40,000 nucleotides of DNA, from contig NZ_JBIMCF010000015.1 of NCBI RefSeq assembly GCF_048551975.1, forward strand, positions 4,244 through 44,243. The letters are read 5' to 3'. The notes beneath the pieces were generated by a model that was not told the DNA's origin, did no database searches, and saw nothing but the letters and a program-made list of their open reading frames with translations. Of the stretch, positions 1 to 9,004 are shown in pieces. The position numbers and the translations under genes are program-made. Each line of letters starts with the position of its first letter. Positions within the stretch are counted from its first letter, which is position 1. Source of the DNA: Acinetobacter johnsonii (GTDB lineage: Bacteria; Pseudomonadota; Gammaproteobacteria; Pseudomonadales; Moraxellaceae).

Positions 1-71
1 ATTTGCCCGAGATTTTAACTGAAAAGCGGCAATGAATGAATGTGTTATCGACACATTTTCTAATGTTTAAT

Positions 72-97
72 AAAAAACGCGCCTAAAAGGCGCGTTT
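72..97 (-). terminator. Rho-independent terminator downstream of hupB
   Basis: Inverted repeat AAACGCGCC (75-83) / GGCGCGTTT (89-97) with a 5-nt loop. On the minus strand the GC-rich stem runs into a T-tract (complement of the A-run at 72-77). Confidence 0.75.
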
Positions 98-114
98 AGT
101 ATTTATTTAAAAGA

Positions 115-387
115 TTAAGCAACAGAATCTTTTAAACCCTTACCAGCTTTAAAGCTTGGTACTTTGCTTGCTTTAATTTCTAAAGCAGCACCAGTTTGTG
201 GGTTACGACCAGTACGTGCAGCACGTTCTTTCACGTTGAAGGTACCAAAACCAACAAGTGTAACTGTATCACCAGATTTAAGCGCTTCAGTGATTGAAGC
301 AATTGTAGCGTCTAAGGCCTTACCAGCATCAGTCTTAGACAATCCCCCTTTCTCTGCAATTGCATCAATTAATTCTGATTTATTCAT
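115..387 (-). CDS. hupB: DNA-binding protein HU-beta
   Basis: The 90-aa [30 protein letters not shown]...[21 protein letters not shown] matches the HU/IHF family over its full length. It has the typical size and its own terminator. Confidence 0.95.
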   Translation of the reverse strand: MNKSELIDAIAEKGGLSKTDAGKALDATIASITEALKSGDTVTLVGFGTFNVKERAARTGRNPQTGAALEIKASKVPSFKAGKGLKDSVA

Positions 388-555
388 GTGGATCGCGTCC
401 TCTTAATATCGTTTATTTAAGGTCCAAAAATTTAGTATAAATTACCGTAACGCCTTTATAGCAATGCTTTAGGTGAAAACGCAATACTCTGTATATGCTT
501 TTTTGGAAAATAAATCACAAAAAAACGTTGAAAAAGGTACAAAAGCACAACCAGA

Positions 556-1041
556 TCACTTTTTATTCACTTTTTCGTTTAACTTCTTATTTTCTTCAAT
601 CAAAACATCGATTTTCTCATTCAGTTGAAGAATCAGGTTCTCTAAGTACTGAATGTCTTTCACCGTGACCAATCCAATCCGGTTCAAGGAGTGATTTACC
701 CCGCGATCCACAATCTTCTCAACCTTGTCTTTAGTATCTGTCACCGATTCACGTGCTTTCTCAGATACCTTTTCAACCGTTTGGTCAGCAATTTCAGTGG
801 TTTTAGATTCTAACTCTTCACCGACTTGGACCAAGGAGTCAAATAATTTATTCCCCTCTTCCTCTGCACGTGAAAAAGCACCCAAACCCGCCAACCAGAT
901 TTGCTTGGTATACTTTCTAAAATCTAAACTATTTTTACGGTGAAAATGATGCTTAGTTTTTGTTTTTTTTAGTGTTTCATCTTCTTGCGAAATATCATCT
1001 AACTCTATATCTGCTTTTTCCATTAGCACCATCTCCTGCAT
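556..1041 (-). CDS. Phasin-family (PhaF/PhaI N-terminal domain-like) granule-associated protein
   Basis: The segment IWLAGLGAFSRAEEEGNKLFDSLVQVGEELE closely parallels the conserved N-terminal PHA-granule-binding region of Pseudomonas PhaF/PhaI-type phasins. The rest is a charged coiled coil. The start is ambiguous (M1, M4 or M7). Confidence 0.6.
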   Translation of the reverse strand: MQEMVLMEKADIELDDISQEDETLKKTKTKHHFHRKNSLDFRKYTKQIWLAGLGAFSRAEEEGNKLFDSLVQVGEELESKTTEIADQTVEKVSEKARESVTDTKDKVEKIVDRGVNHSLNRIGLVTVKDIQYLENLILQLNEKIDVLIEENKKLNEKVNKK

Positions 1042-1216
1042 GATTTATGTGCAAAAACATCCAAAAAATCTTATAGATTGCACTATACTAGCAAATATTA
1101 GACTTGATCGATTTGTAAAACTGTTCTACAAAGCATCTTTATTACATTTTTATTTTTAAGTCTGAAGTTTTTGCGAGCAGGATGCTCATTTCAGGTCAGG
1201 ATTTAGGTTACTACTT

Positions 1217-1864
1217 ATGAATGATTCTCAAAAAGAACACAATCAAACACATATGCTACTCACTATGGTGATGATTGTTCTTGAGACGATCTTTTCGCTT
1301 ATTTTAAAACACGACCGCGTGGTTGCACTTCACTCTAAAAAGTTTGTTGAGCAAAATATTGCGATTAAAATAAATAGCTACCTACCTTATTTTGACTTCT
1401 ATATCACCTTTACCGCTCAAGGTGTTTTATTTGATGCCAAAGCACCTGAAAAACCGGTCGACCTAGATGTACGCACCACATTGATGGATTTAATTAAAAT
1501 TTTCGTCTTTGGAAACCGTCGTAGTATTAAAACTATGCGTATTGATGGTGACATCACCTTAAAAGATGAGTTCCGAGATTTAATTTTACATTTTAGTGCA
1601 CCTAAAGTTCTTGCCGATTGGAAAAACTGGTTAACTGAACCAACTGATCCGCAAAATGTAGTTGCATCTAAAAAGCGTATTGCACCTCTTTTAGAGAAAA
1701 TTGAAGAACAACGTTCTAAAATCAACACTCTACAGGTTGAAGTGAAACAATACAAAAATCGTATCCGCCGTATCGAGCAACGTCAAAAACGTATAAATGT
1801 CACATTTTTTGTGTTTTCTATACTTTTGATTAGCTTATTGGTATATAATATTTGGCTTGCATAA
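1217..1864 (+). CDS. SCP2/UbiJ-like lipid-carrier domain protein with coiled coil and C-terminal membrane anchor (tentative)
   Basis: 215-aa ORF. The central part (...DLDVRTTLMDLIKIFVFGNRRSIKTMRIDGDITLKDEFRDLILHF) resembles the SCP2/UbiJ signature. It is followed by a basic coiled coil (KINTLQVEVKQYKNRIRRIEQRQKR) and a hydrophobic tail (VTFFVFSILLISLLVYNIWLA). The family call is from motif memory only. Confidence 0.45.
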   Translation: MNDSQKEHNQTHMLLTMVMIVLETIFSLILKHDRVVALHSKKFVEQNIAIKINSYLPYFDFYITFTAQGVLFDAKAPEKPVDLDVRTTLMDLIKIFVFGNRRSIKTMRIDGDITLKDEFRDLILHFSAPKVLADWKNWLTEPTDPQNVVASKKRIAPLLEKIEEQRSKINTLQVEVKQYKNRIRRIEQRQKRINVTFFVFSILLISLLVYNIWLA

Positions 1865-1908
1865 CTACATAATATTTCAAGCAAATTAAATACGCACAAT
1901 CCCTATTA

Positions 1909-1960
1909 AAAAAACTTGACTATTTTAGTCAGGATTCTTAAAATCTCCACATCTAGTCTA
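1909..1960 (+). promoter_or_regulatory. isc operon promoter with IscR type-1-like operator
   Basis: TTGACT (1916-1921) and TAAAAT (1939-1944) are separated by 17 bp. The perfect 15-bp palindrome TGACTATTTTAGTCA (1917-1931) overlaps the -35 and matches the GACTRwwwYAGTC core of the E. coli IscR type-1 site. An extra TAGTC half-site lies at 1954-1958. Confidence 0.65.
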
Positions 1961-1977
1961 ATCATGTGTATCGAATC

Positions 1978-2451
1978 ATGCGCTTAACAACTCGCGGACG
2001 CTACGCAGTGACTGCTCTACTTGATTTAGCTTTGCAGCCAACTGAACAAACGATCACGCTTGCAGAAATTGCAGCTCGTCAAACTATCTCTGTTGCTTAT
2101 CTTGAACAGTTATTTGCGAAATTAAAGCGCCACGGCTTAGTTTCTAGTATTCGTGGTGCCAACGGTGGTTACCATTTAGCTCGTCGCGCTGATGAAATTA
2201 CTGTATTAGCAGTTATTGAAGCTGTAAACGAAACAGTTGATGCCACTCGCTGTGACCATAAAGGCAACTGCCAAAATGGCGCAATGTGCTTAACTCACGA
2301 TTTATGGCAAGAACTCTCCCATCACATTGCCGACTATCTCGCGAAAATCACTCTTGCTGACCTTGTAGCACGTGACAACGTTCAAAAAGTTGCCATTCGC
2401 CAAAACACAGCACCTTCAGATTCAGCCCTTTTATCGGTAACAGGTATTTGA
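1978..2451 (+). CDS. iscR: Fe-S cluster assembly transcriptional regulator IscR (Rrf2 family)
   Basis: [18 protein letters not shown]... is the canonical IscR N-terminus. The three cluster-ligand cysteines are present in the [13 protein letters not shown] region. The track ORF begins at a GTG at 1966, but the ATG at 1978 gives the conserved start. Confidence 0.93.
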   Translation: MRLTTRGRYAVTALLDLALQPTEQTITLAEIAARQTISVAYLEQLFAKLKRHGLVSSIRGANGGYHLARRADEITVLAVIEAVNETVDATRCDHKGNCQNGAMCLTHDLWQELSHHIADYLAKITLADLVARDNVQKVAIRQNTAPSDSALLSVTGI

Positions 2452-2452
2452 C

Positions 2453-3670
2453 ATGAAACGTCCAATTTATCTTGATTATGCAGCAACAACTCCTGTAGAC
2501 CCTCAAGTCGCTGAACGCATGATGGAATGTCTGACATTTGACGGCACATTTGGCAACCCAGCGTCTCGTTCTCATGCTTACGGTTGGCAGGCAGAAGAAA
2601 AAGTAGAATATGCACGTGAACAAGTTGCGAACTTGATCAAAGCAGATCCACGCGAAATCGTTTGGACTTCTGGTGCAACTGAATCAGATAACTTAGCTCT
2701 TAAAGGCGTAGCACAATTCTATGCATCTAAAGGCAAGCACATTATTACAAGTAAAATTGAACACAAAGCTATTTTAGACACTTGCCGTGAGCTTGAGTCT
2801 GAAGGTTTTGAAATCACTTACCTTGAGCCACTTCCAAACACGGGTTTAATTACCCCTGAAATGGTTGAAGCAGCTATTCGTCCAGACACTATTCTTGTTT
2901 CCCTAATGATGGTGAACAACGAAATTGGCACTGTGACTGATGTTGCCGCAATTGGTGAAATTACTCGTGCACACAAGATCTTCTTCCATGTCGATGCGGC
3001 GCAAGCTGCAGGTAAAGTTGAAATTGACCTTTCAACTATGAAAGTTGACCTCATGAGCTTCTCTGCTCATAAAATTTATGGCCCTAAAGGTATTGGCGCA
3101 CTCTATGTACGTCGTACTCCACGTGTTCGTTTAAAAGCGCAAATGCATGGTGGTGGTCATGAACGCGGTATGCGTTCTGGTACACTTGCAACACACCAAA
3201 TCGTTGGTATGGGTGAAGCATTTGAACTTGCAGGTAAAAACTTAGCTTCTGAACAAACACGCATTCGCGTACTTCGTGACAAGCTTTGGAATGGCTTACA
3301 AGACTTAGAACAAATTTTCTTAAACGGTCACCCAACACAAAACGTTGCGAACTACTTAAACATAAGTTTCAACTTTGTTGAAGGTGAATCGTTAATGATG
3401 TCGTTGAAAGACGCTGCTGTATCTTCGGGTTCAGCTTGTACTTCAGCAACATTAGAACCTTCTTATGTATTACGTGCACTAGGTTTGTCTGACGAACTTG
3501 CGCACAGTTCAATTCGTTTCAGTTTTGGTAAATACACCACTGAAGCAGACATTGACCATGTACTTACAGTGACGCGTTCTGCGGTCGAGAAACTTCGTGA
3601 ACTTTCTCCACTTTGGGACATGTACAAAGACGGTATCGACCTTTCTACAGTTGAGTGGGCTGAACACTAA
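2453..3670 (+). CDS. iscS: Cysteine desulfurase IscS
   Basis: 405 aa with [17 protein letters not shown]..., the PLP-lysine motif [12 protein letters not shown] and the active-site SSGSACTS. It starts 1 nt after the iscR stop. Confidence 0.97.
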   Translation: MKRPIYLDYAATTPVDPQVAERMMECLTFDGTFGNPASRSHAYGWQAEEKVEYAREQVANLIKADPREIVWTSGATESDNLALKGVAQFYASKGKHIITSKIEHKAILDTCRELESEGFEITYLEPLPNTGLITPEMVEAAIRPDTILVSLMMVNNEIGTVTDVAAIGEITRAHKIFFHVDAAQAAGKVEIDLSTMKVDLMSFSAHKIYGPKGIGALYVRRTPRVRLKAQMHGGGHERGMRSGTLATHQIVGMGEAFELAGKNLASEQTRIRVLRDKLWNGLQDLEQIFLNGHPTQNVANYLNISFNFVEGESLMMSLKDAAVSSGSACTSATLEPSYVLRALGLSDELAHSSIRFSFGKYTTEADIDHVLTVTRSAVEKLRELSPLWDMYKDGIDLSTVEWAEH

Positions 3671-3774
3671 TTTTTCCCATTGAAGTCATCCACATACTGG
3701 ATGGCTTCATTGAAAAATCAAGTTTTGACCCCATATTTAATATTAACGCTGACCCCGAGGTTTGGAGACGCATC

Positions 3775-4161
3775 ATGGCTTATAGCGAAAAAGTAATTGA
3801 CCATTACGAAAACCCTCGTAATGTAGGTGTATTAGACAAAAATGCTGAAAACGTAGGTACAGGTATGGTCGGAGCACCTGCATGTGGCGACGTTATGCGT
3901 TTACAAATCCAAGTAGATGACAACGGTGTGATTGAAGAAGCACGTTTCAAAACTTATGGTTGTGGTTCTGCTATTGCATCAAGCTCTTTAGTGACTGAAT
4001 GGCTAAAAGGCAAAACTTTAGATCAAGCTCAAGCGATCAAAAACATTGATATCGCAACTGAACTTGCTCTTCCTCCAGTAAAAGTACACTGTTCTGTACT
4101 GGCTGAAGATGCTATTAAAGCTGCTGTTGAAGACTACCGCAGCAAAAAATCTAAAGCTTAA
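3775..4161 (+). CDS. iscU: Fe-S cluster scaffold IscU
   Basis: 128 aa with MAYSEKVIDHYENPRNVG...GAPACGDVM...YGCGSAIASSS...LPPVKVHCS, the full-length IscU pattern. Confidence 0.97.
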   Translation: MAYSEKVIDHYENPRNVGVLDKNAENVGTGMVGAPACGDVMRLQIQVDDNGVIEEARFKTYGCGSAIASSSLVTEWLKGKTLDQAQAIKNIDIATELALPPVKVHCSVLAEDAIKAAVEDYRSKKSKA

Positions 4162-4197
4162 TTGCTTCGCATTTTAAAGAAAGATTAGGGAGTTTTC

Positions 4198-4518
4198 ATG
4201 ATCAACTTAACTGAAAATGCTGCAACTCATATCAGTAATTATTTAAAAAATCGCGGTAAGGGTGAAGGTATTCGCGTTGGCGTGAAAACTTCAGGCTGTT
4301 CTGGTTTGGCTTATGTGCTTGAATTTGTCGATTCAATTGATGCACATGACACCACCTTTGAGCAGTTTGGGGTGAAAGTATTTGTAGACCCAAAAAGCTT
4401 GGTTTATCTCGATGGTATGGAGATGGACTACGTGAAAAATGGTTTAAACGAAGGCTTTGAGTTTAACAACCCAAACAAAAAAGGCGAATGTGGCTGTGGT
4501 GAATCTTTCACCGTATAA
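4198..4518 (+). CDS. iscA: Iron-binding A-type carrier IscA
   Basis: 106 aa with the GCSG motif and the C-terminal CGCGESF typical of IscA/HesB. Confidence 0.95.
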   Translation: MINLTENAATHISNYLKNRGKGEGIRVGVKTSGCSGLAYVLEFVDSIDAHDTTFEQFGVKVFVDPKSLVYLDGMEMDYVKNGLNEGFEFNNPNKKGECGCGESFTV

Positions 4519-4543
4519 CAGTTCATTAATTTGTTTTTCAACA

Positions 4544-4572
4544 TTAAAACAGTGTGTATCACACTGTTTTAA
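4544..4572 (+). terminator. Intra-operon hairpin (possible attenuator or RNA-stability element) between iscA and hscB
   Basis: Perfect 13-bp inverted repeat TTAAAACAGTGTG (4544-4556) / CACACTGTTTTAA (4560-4572) with a 3-nt loop, inside the 119-bp iscA-hscB spacer. A T-run sits at the 3' side of the stem. Confidence 0.45.
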
Positions 4573-4637
4573 TTGCATTTACATAGAGTGTTTTTGCTTT
4601 CGCAATAACCCCCAATTTAGCGCGGAATCCCTCTCCT

Positions 4638-5153
4638 ATGAATCATTTTGAGTTGTTTAACCTCCCAGTAGCACTCGATATTGATTTAGCAACCTTAAAA
4701 TCAGAATTTTTAAAGTTGCAGCAACAATATCACCCAGATAAAGCTCTCCATAAAGATCAAGCCCTCATAAAATCAAGTGAGATCAATCAAGCATTTAAAG
4801 TTTTATCTCAGGTCGATAGCCGTGCAGGATATTTATTAGGATTAAAAAAACAAGATTATCATCTTGATCAATCCATCAATGATTTTGAATTTCTCCAGTC
4901 TGCCTTAGAAATCCGTGAACAACTTGATGAAGCACGTTCAGCAAATGAATTACAATCACTCAAATTAGACGTTCAACAATGGATTGATGGTTTAGTCCGC
5001 GAATTCAAAATTGATTTTGAAGAGGAAGATTGGGCTGAGGCACGTGATGATGTCCGCAAACTTCGCTTCTTTGTAAAAGTCATGCATGACATAGATAAAG
5101 CTGAAGATCGTTTTGAAGATAACGATAGCTTTGATTTAGATGATGAATTTTAA
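4638..5153 (+). CDS. hscB: Fe-S cluster co-chaperone HscB (J-domain)
   Basis: 171 aa. N-terminal J-domain with MNHFELFNLP...LQQQYHPDK, an acidic C-terminus, and position within the isc operon. Confidence 0.92.
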   Translation: MNHFELFNLPVALDIDLATLKSEFLKLQQQYHPDKALHKDQALIKSSEINQAFKVLSQVDSRAGYLLGLKKQDYHLDQSINDFEFLQSALEIREQLDEARSANELQSLKLDVQQWIDGLVREFKIDFEEEDWAEARDDVRKLRFFVKVMHDIDKAEDRFEDNDSFDLDDEF

Positions 5154-5190
5154 CTTATTTTTAATTTTTGACGCTCAAAGGATGTAACAC

Positions 5191-7050
5191 ATGGCTCTCT
5201 TGCAAATTGCAGAACCTGGACAATCAAGTGCGCCACATGAACACCGTATTGCCATTGGTATCGACTTAGGTACAACACACTCTCTAGTTGCAACTGTACT
5301 TTCAGGCAAAGCAAAGGTTTTGCATGATGAACAAGGTCGTGTCTTACTCCCATCGATCGCGCATTATGGTGTAAACCAAACCCAATATGGCGACGAAGCG
5401 AAACCATTTTTGACTGCCGATCCTAAAAACACCATCGTTTCAGTCAAACGTTTTATGGGACGCTCTAAAGCCGACATTAAATTTCAACACCCCTTCACTT
5501 TAGTGGGTGAAGATAATCAAATGCCTGCTTTTGAGACTGCTCAGGGCCGCAAAACTCCTGTTGAAGTATCCGCTGAAATTTTAAAGCAACTAAAAGATCG
5601 TGCTGAAGCGAGCTTAAAAAATGAAGTCAATGGTGCAGTGATTACCGTTCCCGCATACTTCGATGAGGCTCAACGTCAAGCAACACGCGATGCCGCACAA
5701 CTTGCGGGTTTAAATGTACTACGACTTTTAAATGAGCCTACTGCTGCTGCAGTTGCCTATGGTCTGGACCAAGAAACCAATCTTGCGCATGATCACAACT
5801 ATGTGATTTATGACTTGGGTGGCGGTACCTTTGACGTTTCAATTTTACGCTTTTCACAAGGCGTGTTTGAAGTGTTAGCAACGGGTGGCCATACCGCATT
5901 AGGCGGTGATGATCTTGACCGCTTAATCGTAAAATGGGCGAAAAAAGAACTCAACATTGAGCAGTTCGATGACACTGAATATGCACACGTTTTAGTTGCT
6001 GCACGTAAAGCTAAAGAAGCTTTAACCGATGCAGAAAGCGTTCATTTACAAGTCCTAGAGCACAGCTTAACGCTTGATCGTGCGACATTTGAAGGCATTA
6101 TCAAAGTTGCTTTAGATAAAACAATTAGTGTGTGTAAACGCGTGCTCCGCGATGCCAAGCTTGAACTCAGCGACATTCAAAACGTGGTTTTGGTCGGTGG
6201 CTCAACTCGCTCTTATGCTGTACAAAACGCGGTACGCGATGTATTTGCTCAAGAGCCATTGTGTACCATCAACCCAGACGAAGTTGTTGCTATTGGCGCA
6301 TCGATTACAGCCAATCAGTTGATTGGAAATACAGCCGATGGCGCATTACTGCTTGATGTAACTCCTCTTTCTCTCGGTCTAGAAACCATGGGCGGCTTGG
6401 TTGAGCGTCTTATTTCACGTAATACCGCAATCCCAGTTGCACGTCGCCAAGAGTTCACCACCTACCAAGATGGCCAAACAGCGATGTTGATTCATGTGGT
6501 TCAAGGTGAGCGCGATTTGGTTGAGCATTGCCGTAGCTTAGGTCGTTTTGTCCTTCGCGGTATTCCACCAATGACTGCGGGTCAAGCACGCATTGAAGTG
6601 ACCTTCCAAGTAGATGCCGATGGTCTACTGACGGTTTCAGCTAAAGAAACAACCTCTGGCGTACATGCTCAAATTGACATCAAACCATCATATGGTTTAG
6701 CTGATAGCGACATGGAACGCTTACTACTTGATGGTTATAAGTTTGCTGAAGAAGATAAAAATCTTCGTCACTTACAAGAAACAAAAGTTGAAGCAAAACG
6801 CGAACTCGAAGCTTTAGAGCAAGCCCTAAAAGTGGATTCTCACCTGCTCACGAATGAACAACAAGTTGCATTAAATGCGGCCAAAACTTCATTAGAAGCA
6901 ACACTTGAAACAACAGAAATCAAAGCAATTGAATCTGCTGTTGAACAACTTAAAATACACAGTGATGCTTTTGCAGCAGCACGTATGAATCAGCATATCG
7001 ATGCAGCGCTGAAAGGCACAAAACTCGACGATTGGTCAAACTCAAACTAA
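5191..7050 (+). CDS. hscA: Fe-S cluster chaperone HscA (Hsp70 family)
   Basis: 619 aa with [25 protein letters not shown] and VLVGGSTR Hsp70 motifs, located in the isc operon. Confidence 0.97.
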   Translation: MALLQIAEPGQSSAPHEHRIAIGIDLGTTHSLVATVLSGKAKVLHDEQGRVLLPSIAHYGVNQTQYGDEAKPFLTADPKNTIVSVKRFMGRSKADIKFQHPFTLVGEDNQMPAFETAQGRKTPVEVSAEILKQLKDRAEASLKNEVNGAVITVPAYFDEAQRQATRDAAQLAGLNVLRLLNEPTAAAVAYGLDQETNLAHDHNYVIYDLGGGTFDVSILRFSQGVFEVLATGGHTALGGDDLDRLIVKWAKKELNIEQFDDTEYAHVLVAARKAKEALTDAESVHLQVLEHSLTLDRATFEGIIKVALDKTISVCKRVLRDAKLELSDIQNVVLVGGSTRSYAVQNAVRDVFAQEPLCTINPDEVVAIGASITANQLIGNTADGALLLDVTPLSLGLETMGGLVERLISRNTAIPVARRQEFTTYQDGQTAMLIHVVQGERDLVEHCRSLGRFVLRGIPPMTAGQARIEVTFQVDADGLLTVSAKETTSGVHAQIDIKPSYGLADSDMERLLLDGYKFAEEDKNLRHLQETKVEAKRELEALEQALKVDSHLLTNEQQVALNAAKTSLEATLETTEIKAIESAVEQLKIHSDAFAAARMNQHIDAALKGTKLDDWSNSN

Positions 7051-7066
7051 TTTATAGGTAAAGACT

Positions 7067-7405
7067 ATGCCACGTATTAAAGTTCTCCCACATGCGCAAA
7101 TCTGCCCAGAAGGTGCTGAGTTTGAAGTTGAACAGAATGCGAATCTTTGTGAAAGCTTACTGAAAAATGGAATCAAGATTGAACATGCGTGCGATATGTC
7201 AGCTGCATGTACCACCTGTCACGTTGTGGTACGTAAAGGCTTCGACAGCTTAGAAGAAATGAATGATGTTGAAGCAGACCTCCTAGATCGTGCTTGGGGC
7301 TTAGAACCTGACTCTCGTTTGTCTTGCCAAGTGAAGTTAGTGGATGAAGACTTAGAAGTTGAAATTCCTAAATACACAATTAACCACGCGTCTGAAAATC
7401 ACTAA
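7067..7405 (+). CDS. fdx: ISC-type [2Fe-2S] ferredoxin
   Basis: 112 aa with MPRIKVLPH...CDMSAACTTCHV...SRLSCQV, the adrenodoxin-type cysteine pattern. It is the last gene of the operon. Confidence 0.95.
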   Translation: MPRIKVLPHAQICPEGAEFEVEQNANLCESLLKNGIKIEHACDMSAACTTCHVVVRKGFDSLEEMNDVEADLLDRAWGLEPDSRLSCQVKLVDEDLEVEIPKYTINHASENH

Positions 7406-7420
7406 TTTTTAAAAGCATAA

Positions 7421-7449
7421 AAAAAGCCACTCATTGTAGTGGCTTTTTT
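7421..7449. terminator. Bidirectional rho-independent terminator between convergent fdx and the cyclase gene
   Basis: Stem GCCACT (7426-7431) / AGTGGC (7438-7443), flanked by an upstream A-run and a downstream T-run. Confidence 0.8.
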
Positions 7450-7482
7450 ACGACTCTTAGTTTTGTATCTCACGCCATCAAT

Positions 7483-8967
7483 TTAATGATATTCATTTTT
7501 TTGAACAGGTTCTATTACTTCATCTTCAAGATTGAGTTTGACGATACCTTGCGAGTTGGTCATCTTCTGTTGGGTTTGAATGCGTTGAATCATTTTTTCT
7601 AAGACTTGAATTAACTGCGGATATTCAAAATTCTGCACTTCATCTAAGTTCAGCAGTAAATGAAACCCTTTATATTCATAATCAAACCAGCGTTGATAAT
7701 CTGATTTTTGCGAGGTATATTTTTCAACGACTTGCCACGTCTTCACAGCACCTTTAATCCCCTTAAGGAAAATTGGCGCTTTCGGTGCACAAAGATAATC
7801 ATTTTTTACTAAATTATGCGTATCGTCCGAAATTAAGATTTCATCCACTTGTGCTGCACTTTGTAAACGTGCAGCAAGGTTTGCATCACGACCAACAATC
7901 GTATAAGCCATACGGTGCGATGCGCCATAGTTCCCTACGTGGCAATACCCTGTAGAAATCCCCATACGAATATGCAATGGCGGATAACCCATTTTCACCC
8001 AACGCTCGCGCAGGATTTTCATTTGCTGACGCATTGCCATAGCCATTTCCAAACAGTTTTGAGCATCACGCTCTACACCTTCAGAATTAGGGTCACCAAA
8101 GAACACTAAAATTGCATCCCCCATGAATTTATCAACAGTACCTTCATATTGCTTCGCAATCTCGGTCATGTGTTTTAAATAATCATTGAGTAGGAATGCT
8201 AAATCATCCGGAATTAGGCTTTCAGAAAGCTCTGTAAAACCCTGAATATCTGAAAAGAAAACTGTCAGTTTCTTACGCTTGTATTCAATTTTCGCTTCAG
8301 ACTCACCCTTCATAATCGATTGCCACAACTGAACTGGTGCATAGCGACTCAGCTGATTGGCAAACTCCATATAACGGTTCATCTGATCGAAATAGTGATT
8401 TTTGCGGCGGTATATGTCTTGCATTTGGTTGCGCTGATAATAGCTACCCACGCCAAAATAAGTGGTGAGGCACAAAAAACCCAATATGATCAGTTCGGTA
8501 CTGGTAGCCTCGAAATACTCACCAAAACCGAAGACAAAGATAATTGAGAGATAAAAGACAACCACCCCAATCAGGCTGGCCAAAGACACCATCAAAAAAG
8601 AAATTTTATTGCTAATAGCCGTGTAAAGCATAGCAAAAATGGTTAAAAATGTGAGTACGATACTGAGATGTACAGCGGCTAAAATGATCGCAGTAATGAC
8701 AATATCAATAACAAACATTACACCGCGTCGCATCGTATTATTGAAGCGATAACCTAACCACCTTGAAAATGGGGGGGTGATCAATAATACAATGAGCAAC
8801 AGCAGCGGCACGTAAATCTGATATTGAGTATCTGCCATCGTATAATGATAGACGATGGTTATTAAAGACAGCATGCTATATCCCATCGCACGATGGAAAT
8901 ACACAAATTGTTTGGGCTCTTTAGATAACCAATGATCTAATGGCACTGCTCGTTCCCCATTATGCAC
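7483..8967 (-). CDS. Polytopic membrane class III adenylate/guanylate cyclase (CyaB-like architecture)
   Basis: About 190 aa of N-terminal hydrophobic helices. The class III cyclase core follows (VFFSDIQGFTELSE, KFMGDAILVFFGDP, RMGISTGYCHVGNYG, YTIVGRDANLAARLQS), then an extra C-terminal region of about 90 aa. The ORF starts at a GTG; an alternative ATG at 8886 makes the start uncertain. Confidence 0.85.
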   Translation of the reverse strand: MHNGERAVPLDHWLSKEPKQFVYFHRAMGYSMLSLITIVYHYTMADTQYQIYVPLLLLIVLLITPPFSRWLGYRFNNTMRRGVMFVIDIVITAIILAAVHLSIVLTFLTIFAMLYTAISNKISFLMVSLASLIGVVVFYLSIIFVFGFGEYFEATSTELIILGFLCLTTYFGVGSYYQRNQMQDIYRRKNHYFDQMNRYMEFANQLSRYAPVQLWQSIMKGESEAKIEYKRKKLTVFFSDIQGFTELSESLIPDDLAFLLNDYLKHMTEIAKQYEGTVDKFMGDAILVFFGDPNSEGVERDAQNCLEMAMAMRQQMKILRERWVKMGYPPLHIRMGISTGYCHVGNYGASHRMAYTIVGRDANLAARLQSAAQVDEILISDDTHNLVKNDYLCAPKAPIFLKGIKGAVKTWQVVEKYTSQKSDYQRWFDYEYKGFHLLLNLDEVQNFEYPQLIQVLEKMIQRIQTQQKMTNSQGIVKLNLEDEVIEPVQKNEYH

Positions 8968-9004
8968 ACGATCAAATCATCCCTGATTTGATTTCTCACG
9001 TGTA

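Noticed and set aside
164-406. 80-aa ORF on the plus strand
   Set aside because: It lies entirely antisense to the well-supported hupB gene, has no recognisable motif, and is typical shadow-ORF composition.
2348-2623. Two minus-strand ORFs (91 and 77 aa) across the iscR/iscS junction
   Set aside because: They are antisense to two strongly supported genes. Their sequences are Cys/Phe-rich nonsense with no ribosome-binding site.
4457-4651. 64-aa plus-strand ORF bridging iscA and hscB
   Set aside because: It starts inside iscA in another frame and runs through the 13-bp hairpin in the spacer. The sequence is not protein-like.
7483-8967. Cyclase as a Pycsar/CBASS-type anti-phage signalling enzyme
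   Set aside because: No adjacent effector gene (TIR, TM-effector, nuclease or patatin) is present. The architecture (polytopic sensor domain plus class III core) and the core-gene neighbourhood (fdx, HIT, mfd) fit a housekeeping CyaB-type cAMP cyclase better.
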